Positions 23,658-33,688 of a DNA stretch of 35,604 nucleotides are shown here, piece by piece. This DNA is from Catajapyx aquilonaris (taxonomy: Eukaryota): the NCBI GenBank assembly GCA_000934665.2, contig JYFJ02000982.1:62001-97604 (forward strand), read 5' to 3'. Under the pieces are notes generated by a model. That model worked only from the letters and a program-made list of their open reading frames with translations, made no database searches and was not told where the DNA came from. A program made the translations under genes and the position numbers. Every line of letters begins with the position of its first letter. The stretch's first letter is position 1.

Positions 23658-24824
23658 CTTATTTATGTTTGGCAGCTAATGAGCAGCTTATTATTTGATG
23701 TGAAGAGCACAGTGTCCTTATGTGTGGCTGCTACTTACATGCACTTACGAGAAGATAAATATATTGATAATGGTATACACTGTGTTTTGCATGTTACTGA
23801 TGGAATTTAGGTTCAATATCTGTTATAATAAAGAGCTCTATGCCCACAGGTTCTAGGTGTGCAAAGTAGTACTGATTGTCATAACCAATAAGATAATTAT
23901 TATTATTTACTATTCTCATCACCATCATTAGAATGTGACATGACATCACAATAGGTCTATTACACATTGTCACGTCACTCAGCCATATCACGAGGATAGA
24001 CAGCAACGCTGTACGTACTATACTTGTCAATAATTGTTTCTCAGAATTACAGAGTTGCGAAAGCCGGAACTTATATCTGCACTAGTTGAAACAAAATAGG
24101 CTCGTCTCTTTTATCAAGCCAGTTTGGTTATTGTTTATGTAAAGTTGGTAAAACTGAAATTACAGTTTACTGCTTTACTGTACAATATTATTATTAAATA
24201 TCCATAATTCATGCATTTAAAACTAGCCATGCTCTACTATAGCATATATCAAGGTATGCAAATATGATTAAGAAAAGCCCTAAATGACCTCTAGACAGTA
24301 AAAGAGGAAGTTGTCTGTTTGCTCCAAGGCCATCCAACATTCGCAATTCCTGCATATTCATATAGGTAAGTAGTTATACATAAGTGACAATAAAAGAATT
24401 TAATGGCGCCACCCAAGGTCAACCAAGTTTTGCACTACACTATACCTCTCTCCCTGAGTTATCTCAATATTTATTATCACAACTTCACAAGATCATGGAA
24501 ATCTGTCTAGTCATAAGATCATGTTTTGACGTGTGGCATAATTTGTAGGCTATCATTGATCGACGAACACATGTCAAAGAATTTGAAAAAGTACAGTACA
24601 TGACATAAAAATCTTCAACACATTCCAACTAATAAATCACGTTAAATATTTCCACTTAACCACTTAACCTTAACCTTCGTGAGGTATTTAAAAAAAACAC
24701 ACACCATCACATCATAGCTTATCTGTCAGTTACCCCCTCATATTTGCTCGTTGCCAAGCTTCGCCTCGACCTTTAGATTGTCGCGGAATGAGCACCGTTT
24801 CGCCGTCTATACGACACCTTGGAA

Positions 24825-25704
24825 ATGCAGGGCACACTTGTCCTGTATTATGCAGACCTTTGCCCTAACTCCTGGACCGTACGACTCGCATCCAGGGAGC
24901 TGGGTTTGACCATGGAGGAGAAGCTCATCGACGAATCAAACACTGCCGAATTTGAACAGGTCCACAACCCAATTCATTATTAAATACTGCATACTAGGAA
25001 AAATAATTGCTAATTGTAATTTGTATTTACAGGTCAGTCCGAAACGTCGGATTCCAACACTTATGGACGGAACACTATCCTTATGGGACAGGTATGTTAT
25101 TTTCTTTAAGAAAAATTGACTCTCCAGCTACTGTCACTTTGCCTCATGAATAAACCGAGTGGTCAATTTGTCAGCCGTCCTTTAGTGATGTACCTGGCCG
25201 ACAAGTACGGAGATGGAGGGACCCTGTACCCGAAGGACCCTCTCAAGCGATTCGCCGTCAATAAAATGATGCTTTACGACGAAGTAAACCTGGCCAATCG
25301 ATTCGCCCAGTGCTACGTACGTCATAATAAAAATGTGACCATTTCCCAATCACCACATGTACGCAACTAGTAAAAAGATACATGTAAAAAAGCTTCCAGT
25401 TATCCAGCAAGGAGCATCGGTGGACATCCAGAAACAGACGCTGCTTAGAGAATCGCTCAGTTACTTGGACCACATTTTGGCAGAGTCCAGATGGATCGCT
25501 GGACACGACCTGACCATAGCTGACCACTGCTGCGTGTCCATAGTGGCTGCCTGCAAGGCCTGCAAATTCTGCACGTGCGACACTCCGAATCTCAAGAGAT
25601 GGATGGCCGACTGTCAGAGGACCATGGTTGGACACAAAGAGGTTCTGGGACGTGGGATCAAAGTGCTGGAGAAGTTACTGGAGAACATTCCAGCTCTCCA
25701 GTAA
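24825..25704 (+). CDS. Divergent GST-14 with CPNS active site and Cys-rich C-domain (215 aa); paralog of GST-13
   Basis: Exons 24825-24959, 25033-25091, 25175-25316, 25393-25704. LYYADLCPNSWTVRL, VSPKRRIPTL, LWDSRPL, WIAGHDLTIAD. Weak GTCCAC donor on intron 1 and AAG acceptor on intron 3. Confidence 0.85.
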
Positions 25705-25908
25705 CGAACGTCTTGTGTAATACTAATAAAGTCAATGGTGACAAAAATATTAATATCTATACCGTAATCTAAACGTCGCGACAGACAACAAATAAGAGAT
25801 TGGCTTCAATGAGGCAACAGCGTTGCTCAGTAACTCTGTCAACACTGGATGATGCCCGATAAACACGCCCGCTGACCTCTCAGAGTAACGGGATAAAAGA
25901 GCGAAATC

Positions 25909-26956
25909 ATGGATAACAAGGCATCGTCCGAGTTATATTCCAACCCGATACCGAAGCCTCAGAAGGCGATCCCGATGCAGCTCTACCACTATCGGTTCTG
26001 TCCGTTCTGCCGGTCAGTACGGCTGACCATCAAGACTTTGGGCCTGGAGGTCACAGAGGTCGAGATTGACCTCAGGAAAGGAGAGCAGCTCACCGCTGAA
26101 TTCATGCAGGTAAGTGCAAGTTTTACATCTGAGTTTGACATGTGACGCGATCATGTGAACAGCAAGAGTGCCTATACTAATAGTGTTGCAAAAATTTTGG
26201 CAGTTGAATCCACGACATACGGTCCCTGTGCTAATCGACGATGACCTGGTCATGACCGAGAGGTAATGTACCTATGTCACACTTGAACAAATTTTAGTCA
26301 TCATATTAATGCAAAATTTCGCAATAATTCCAGTCGTGCCATAATGATGTATTTGGCCGACAAGTACGACAAAAAAGGTGTGATCTACCCGAAAGATCCA
26401 AAGGCCCGAGCATGGGTCAACGAGAGGATGTTCTTCGACATGGCGACACTCTCGTCTCGTTACGTCAATTGCTACGTAAGTCTTTATAGTGAAATGAAAT
26501 GTCTTCAACTATACACTAATTTGGCAAAACAGGTTCCAGTTCTGCGACACGGCGACCCATTGGATCCGGCCAAGAAGAAGCTGGTCCACGACGCACTGGA
26601 CATAATCGACGGATACCTAACTCAGACAAAGTACATCGCTGGACAATCGATGACTATAGCAGACCACGCTTTTGTGGCCGTCATATCAACTCTGGCGGTA
26701 ACATACACGCTTTTTTTTATAGATATTACGAGCCAAAAAAATTTGAAACACGTGTGATAACTGGTATGTATCTCTCCAGGCCGTGAGGCTGCACATGGAC
26801 CCGTACAAGCGCATAAATTGGTGGTACAACAGGTGCCAGAGTGTCCTTCCAGGGTACCAGGAGATCGTACAGGACAACCTGGACGCCTTCGTGGAGGAAT
26901 TTGTCAGCAAGTGCCCCTACCTGCAGCCGGTCACTGACGGCTGCGTGTACGAGTAA
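25909..26956 (+). CDS. Divergent Delta/Epsilon-fold GST-15 with CPFC active site (247 aa)
   Basis: Exons 25909-26109, 26204-26262, 26334-26475, 26533-26697, 26780-26956. LYHYRFCPFCRSVRL, GEQL, LNPRHTVP, ESRAI; AATAAA follows the stop. Confidence 0.92.
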
Positions 26957-27009
26957 GCGCAACTATACAATCGGAATGTAACGACTCGAATAAAAGCTGA
27001 TTGGCAGTG

Positions 27010-27420
27010 AGAAAAATAAAATAAAAATAAAGCAAAGTAAAATTAAAATCCATAAAACCATAAAACTAATACACGAAGCTCGATCGTAAAATAAAAATGA
27101 AATTAGATGAAATAATAAATAAAATAATAAATGTTATGAAACGAAATAATAAGTGTAATGAAATAAAATGAAATAATAAATAAAATAATAAATGTTATGA
27201 AACGAAACAATAAGTGTAATGAAATAAAATGAAATAATAAATGAAATGAAATGATAACTTAGATGAAATAATGATATACGGTACTGTGAAGGTGTAAATA
27301 ATAATAAATAAACCAATAACTGAAAAAAATAGAAATCATACTAATAAAATAAAGGATAAACAAATAAACAAATAAAACGCATAAATAAATAATAAGTTAT
27401 ATCATAAATAAAATAATGAG
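27010..27420. repeat. A-rich low-complexity tract including a 61-bp tandem duplication (27121-27242)
   Basis: aaaataataaatgttatgaaacgaaa(t/c)aataagtgtaatgaaataaaatgaaataataaat x2 within an AAAT-rich sequence. Confidence 0.85.
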
Positions 27421-29695
27421 AATTGCAACATTTTCCTGGTTCCAGACTGTTCTTACTTTAACATCATTTTTTTTAAAAAAAGAGAAGTGACAGACAAGAA
27501 TCGCCTATTATTCCTGCCATTATTGCAGTTGGATCCGCCCCAGCCAGATATACAGACAGCTTGTTGCTATATAGGGTTGTCATTTTGCTGCCTCGCAAAA
27601 CTGGGAATGCAAAAATCATCTCTCGAGGCTTCATGAAAAAGATACAGCCGGATGACGTCCCAGTTGCAAAACACCCATATTATGTTTCGCACTGCATCCA
27701 AATCGCACCAGATTTCTTTAAAAAAATAACGAACGAGTCCTGGCAAAAAGGGGCCAACCAAACCGGACAAATTGCCACTTAATTTGGCCGGAAAGTGTTT
27801 GGAAAAGAGCCCATCGCGGTTTAGCTTTCCAAGCCAAGAGAGAGAGAGAGAGTTAGATAGTCCGGAACATTCCGGCAGGAAGCGACTCCAAGCGGACGGG
27901 ATTTTGGGCCCAATCAAATCCTCGTTTTCCGAACAGTTTCTCTCTCTATCTAGCTCTCTCTCACACACACACACAAAACCTTGTGTAGTATAAACGACTT
28001 AGGCTCAAATTCTCGTTTGCTTTTGTTTAACAATTCAAGCTGCAGGGACCATTAATCTTTCCTTCCCCCCCCCCCCCTTTTTCCTCCTCATATATATCCG
28101 GNCATATATATCCGGATTTGTAATCTTATACCCAGTGCAAGTTGGACACGGCCGCGCTTTATTACTTCTTGCTATATGAACTCTGGGTTGTTTAAATAGT
28201 CATGCGGATAATGGACTCGTCCTTCTCCGGCATGTTGGCGATGAGATAATGCGAGTTTAATTTGCTGCACTGCCATGATCGTTTACTGCTAGTTTACCAT
28301 GAGGATCATGTTTGATTTATAAGCCTCTTACGGAGCATTCACATTAAAGTGTGTTTTTTTTTTTTCTTTTTCTTTTGAAGGTGAGGCTTGCATTTTTTTC
28401 ACCAAATACGCTTAAAGACAATAAGTAAAATAAACAAAGAAATGAATAATGACACTCTTAAAAATATTATAATAAAACGTATAAAATTATAGACTATCAA
28501 ATAAAATCAGTGCAGTACGTAATTATACTTATAAGGAAATAATAGGGCATGGAATTACGTTCATAAATAAATCCAAAAGCTAATGACTTATACTACAGAG
28601 CAATAGAAAAATATAAAAATTGAAGGAAGTGCGCAATGAATATAAAATGTGATTAAATAAGTACGGAATTATATGCATACATAATTATACAAGAGGTTAC
28701 TTCTAATCAGATCGCCTAAATATACGAAAAAAAATTAATTATGTAACGTTACTAGCAATAAATCAAAAAATAAAACAAAATGATTGTAGATGTGCCTACT
28801 AGGTGTATTCGTACAATAGTATAGTAAATTACCTGATATTATAATGAACGAAAATCAGCAAATACACAAGGAAATGTTTTTAAAATACTTGTCATAAATA
28901 AATAAATGACTGTCCGTTATCCCACGACATGAGATGCTGTAGAGCCAGTTTCCTGCAGTCGTTTTCGATCAGGGTATTGGCAAAATGAATAGTTTTTTTT
29001 TTTGCAAAAATGCAAATAACCGGACTCCCAGCAGCCTCTTCCGCTACAGAAAGTTGCATGAAATTAATAAGGCTGGAGCTCTGTTTTGAGGCCTGGATGC
29101 AGTATGCGGAATCCCGCATGAATAAATTATCTTAAAATTCTGTAACACTTTTGCGGCTACCAGAAAAGCAACTGCTATTTTTGAAACTGACCCAAAAATG
29201 CATAGTCCGCAGTTTACACAACCCCGGACCCCCCCCCCCCNCCCCCCTCATCCAACTTATTCAGGTGGTGGTATATAGGGGGAGGTGGAAATAAAAGCAG
29301 TTCCTTATTAGACGAGCTTTGCGGTTAACCCCAGTTGTTTGTCACAAGTGCACCGAAGTGCCTTTTGCACTTGATTTTTATTAATGCATGAACTTGAACC
29401 ATATTAATAACCTTATGATACATAGTGCGAAATTAGAGCAACCTTGATAAACGAAAAATTTTATTTGTAGCAAATGGTAGCACGTATGTTGCGTATAGTG
29501 TGTTAATAAATAATCATCTTCAGTTGTTAGAAAAAAATATTTAATAACTAGTAGAGTACCAGGCTTGGCCCACCCCCTAACTTGGACGTAGTACTGTACG
29601 TCTGTACGATAGGCCACAACCAGTTGCCGCATAGGCTGTGCACACTCCTGCCACTCTCAGGGAGACAGTAGTACTACATGCACATTGGCGATGAG

Positions 29696-30320
29696 TATAA
29701 AGAACGGATTTTTAGGTACTTAAAAACCCTCAAATTTAGGTAATGAAAACAGTCAAAAAAGGCTCTTATATAGGCAGTAAAAATCAAGCAGGTCCTTATT
29801 TATTTTCATTCATATCCATTATTACAGCCTATACTTTTGGCTATGGAATTTTGCAGAAAGTAACAAACTAGCAGTTGTTCCATATCTCGGTTAGTTAGTC
29901 AGCGATGCCTCTTTGACAATATCTGACAATACATTTTCATACCCTGAAAATGACCTATCGACGTCACACGAAGTAACTGGGTCATAATGTCTTAACTACA
30001 GCCAGTTCTTCCGGCATGTCTACAGCTTCTTCACCTTTTGCAGGTTGAAGTGGGAGGGAATTAATTGCCTTGGAACGGAAAACCCTCAAACTCTCGAAAA
30101 TCTTACGGAACGGCGCGTCAAGAAGGTGGAGGAAATAGGTAAAAATAGGCGCTAACAAGCCATCTAGGTTCCAACGCCCAAAATAGGCACACTTATGTTC
30201 TATAAAACTATGAATATGATTTTTGAGGTCCTTGTGTTATGAAACGGACAAAAATTGTTGGTTCTGCGGTGTTCTTCCTAACATAATAAAAGGTAAAAAC
30301 CTAGAAATCAGTTCTCTATA
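29696..30320 (-). mobile_element. Non-autonomous hAT DNA transposon (625 bp), internally deleted
   Basis: TIRs tataaagaacggatttttaggt / acctagaaatcagttctctata (19/22 match); perfect 8-bp TSD gcgatgag (29688-29695 and 30321-30328). Minus strand 29995-29921 translates LRHYDPVTSCDVDRSFSGYENVLSD, resembling the hAT C-terminal PxTSxxVERSFS motif. Confidence 0.9.
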
Positions 30321-30598
30321 GCGATGAGTCACTGCGCGGACAAAGTCCACCAGGGCGCCATACTATACTCGGTTCTCTAATATTGTTGAACGGGAAGGTG
30401 ATTCAAGCTAAAGTACTATCTAGGTGATGAGTCAACTTGTTTACATATATATAGTGGAGTCATGGATTGTGAATAATTCTGTATATGATAATATTTTAGT
30501 AAATAACAATATCATACCCCGTTATCAGGCGGCGGCTCAAGAGGGGGGAGTTTTGTTTTGACTGGCATTTTTGCATTTTTACTTCGCTTTTGGGGATA

Positions 30599-30778
30599 GG
30601 ATAGGGACGGAAGGAAGCGGCTGTGGCCTATTATTTTAGGAAACAACCCGGAATTTATCTGGAGGGACCGTGGGAAACCACAGAAAACCACGGTTAGTGT
30701 TTCCGGCCCCGGGGATCGAACCCAGGACCTCCCGATTAGCAGTCGGATGCCATATCCTCTCCTCCACTACTGCTCCGG
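30599..30778 (-). mobile_element. Second copy of the tRNA-derived SINE (3'-truncated)
   Basis: Reverse complement reads ...tccgactgctaatcgggaggtcctgggttcgatccccggggccgg...ccgtggttttctgtggtttcccacggtc...taataggccacagccgcttccttcc, matching 21850-22025. Confidence 0.92.
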
Positions 30779-30847
30779 TAGTAAATACCAATATTTGATA
30801 ATAAAAAAATAATATTTGATAATTAAGTAGGCCTACTACGGTACTTA

Positions 30848-31579
30848 ATAATTTAAAATAATAAACAATAATAAACAAATAATAATAAACAATAAATAAA
30901 TAATAATAAACAATAAATAAATAATAATAAACAATAAATAAATAATAATAAACAATAATAAACAAATAATAATAAACAATAAATAAATAATAATAAACAA
31001 TAAATAAATAATAATAAACAATAATAATAATAATAAACAATAAATAAATAATAATAAACAATAAATAAATAATAATAAACAATAATAATAATAATAAACA
31101 AAAATAATAATAAACAATAAATAAATAATAATAAACAATAATAATAATAATAAATAATAATAATAAACAATAAATAAATAATAATAGACAATAATAATAA
31201 ATAATAATAATAAACAATAAATAAATAATAATAAATAATAATAATAAACAATAAATAATAATAATAAACAATAAATAAATAATAAGCAATAAATAAATAA
31301 TAATAAACAATAAATAAATAATAATAAACAATAATAATAAATAATAATAAACAATAATAATAATAAATAATACTAAACCAGAATATGTAATAAACAATAA
31401 ACAATAAATAAATAAATAATACTAAACCAGAATATGTAATAAACAATAAGCAATAAATAAATAAATAAATAAATAAATAATACTAAACCAGAATATGTAA
31501 TAAACAATAAGCAATAAATAAATAAATAAATAAATAAATAATACTAAACCAGAATATGTAATAAACAATAAATAATAAC
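30848..31579. repeat. Compound AAT/AAAT/AAAC satellite ending in four copies of a longer unit containing aatactaaaccagaatatgtaataaacaataa
   Basis: Directly visible; it produces the spurious Ile/Tyr/Leu/Phe-rich minus-strand ORFs. Confidence 0.95.

Positions 31580-31651
<72 letters not shown>
31580..31651. repeat. (AGT)n microsatellite, about 24 units
   Basis: Pure gtagtagtag run. Confidence 0.97.
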
Positions 31652-31652
<1 letters not shown>

Positions 31653-32808
31653 ATACTGGCTTTTGCATGTGAGTCCGGTTCGGATTTTCCCCAAGTTTCT
31701 CTATACCGTATAGACGTATATACAGTGTTTGCTCCACTGCAAGACCTCTTGAGAGTATAGCCTACTTGTGATATTATGCAATTGCGACCATATACTTCTG
31801 CATTATATTATACAGACCGATTATGTAAGACCCTGCCCTTGATTTAAAGCCTGCCGCATCAAGCATGGTTGCCAACTGGTTCTTCCAGCCCCCATCATTC
31901 GCACACAACATGACTCTTGGCCGCATTGACAACATCCACTCCGGAGCAAACATCCGGATTTAACAAGCCGCATCAGGTAGATCCACCTGCATCATTCTCA
32001 TCAGTCGATAGTGCAGGTTGTATCGGTTCAGTATACCCCAGCCCACATCTAGACCATAGGGGTGGAGGCTCTCGTCCCCCTCCGAAGGGGGGGGAAAAAA
32101 ATGATGAAAAGAAAATGACAATGAAAATCCCGGAAATGCAGGAAATTCGTGCCCAGAAACAAGGCTACCACCTTGAAATAGCTGGATATTGATGTGCCCC
32201 CTTTTTTTTGTAGGAGTGTTAGACCGGGGCTGGAGATGGGTGGTTGGGAGTAGATATCCCCCGCGGGAGAAATAAAGGTAGTAGCGTAGGTAGGTTATAG
32301 TGGCCCCTCCTACACCCGGAAGTGGAATGGGCCCAAGAGAGGGGTGCAGTAGGGCGAGGGTGAGGGTGGAGGGGGGTAGATAGAATGTGTCCAGAGCCCG
32401 AAACGTCCTAGGGCAAGTGCGGGAGGTCCCGCCAGCACACAACCGAGCCCAGGATTGGATCGAACGGGCACGCCTGCGCAAGGCTAGGAGAGAAGCAGAG
32501 GCATCGAAAAGGGGGGCAAACCCAAAACCCTCACCCAAAAACCTAGAGCCCCCCTCTTTCCCCCACTTCGGATATATCCTCCCGCATGCTTACTTCTCCA
32601 AAACTACGCGGACAGTACACCTCGCGAAAAAATCGCCCCATGAAGTGCGGCACTTAGTGCTTCACTTCTCAAAGTTTTTTTTTTCTTTCGTTCCCCCTCC
32701 ACCGGACCTAAACCTTTTTGACCCCCACCTCGTGTCTGTTTGGTGCGTTATGCGGACGATCTGATTTCGAGTTCAGAAGTTTCCGAGTCCGTGGTTCGCC
32801 AGAGAGCC

Positions 32809-33688
32809 ATGGCTCCTGACCTCCTAGGGGACACCTGGGGGAGTTTCTTCGTCAACCGACACCAGCATCCCGAGAGTAGCCTCAAGTCCGAGTCGCTGCG
32901 TCTTCCGGACTCGGACGTACCGGGTATCGGCATCCTGCTGGGAAAGGAGCCGTCCGGATCGGTACCGCACCACCACCAGCTGACACCGTCCTCGTCCTCG
33001 CAGGCGTCGGCAGCAGCGGCGTCTCCGGCGTCGTCTCCAACCTCCTCCAGGTCGGAGCACGACCTCAACTACCTGCCACCGGTCACACTCAACATGAACC
33101 TGGTGTATCCGGCTCGGAAGCCAGTGCTGCTCCTGCCCGGAACTCCGTTGTCCGGAGAGCCTCGTCCGCAGGCTAACATCACCAAGTCGCTGCTAAACAC
33201 CGTCAACAATTCGGTGCTGTCTCTTCTGGGAGGAAGCACCGGAAGCAACGACCACGTCCATCTGTCGCCGTCGCACGACCGACACGTGTCGTCGTCCATC
33301 TCGCTCGAGTTCCTGGCCAACCGGACATCCAACGACAGCTCAGGTGCCAGCCTCTTGGAGATCGTGTCCGGAGGCGTCGCGGGCGTCGTCAGCAGCAACT
33401 CCGATCCGGCGTCGGTGGCCTCTTCCGAACCGGATGACCACACCTTCAGTGCCATCCCGCCAGAACTATTCTACAGGCACTCGTTCGCGATGACCATGGT
33501 CTACTGCGTCGCATACCTCCTGGTCTTCGTGGTCGGCCTGGTCGGCAACTGCTTCGTGGTCGCTGTCGTCTGGAGGGTCCCCCGGATGAGGACCGTCACC
33601 AACTACTTCATCGTCAACCTGGCCGTCGCAGACATCCTCGTCATCGTCTTCTGCCTCCCAGCAACCCTCATGTCCAACATCTTCGTCC
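32809..33688 (+). CDS. SIFaR: SIFamide receptor (class A neuropeptide GPCR), first coding exon: long N-terminus plus TM1-TM2; the remainder lies outside the window
   Basis: gccATGg Kozak context at 32809. [72 protein letters not shown] matches insect SIFaR as I recall it (GN in TM1, NLAxAD in TM2). Donor GTGAGT at 33689. Confidence 0.9.

Noticed and set aside
28089..28115. 13-bp direct repeat catatatatccgg around an N (also the poly-C run with an N at 29241)
   Set aside because: Typical contig-join artefact at an assembly gap.
30636..31737. Long hydrophobic minus-strand ORFs (up to 253 aa)
   Set aside because: These are translations of AAT/AGT simple repeats that lack stops on that strand.
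31917..32764. GC-rich ORFs upstream of SIFaR (91, 125 and 192 aa)
   Set aside because: Non-ATG starts and no recognisable domains; more likely promoter/5'UTR sequence.
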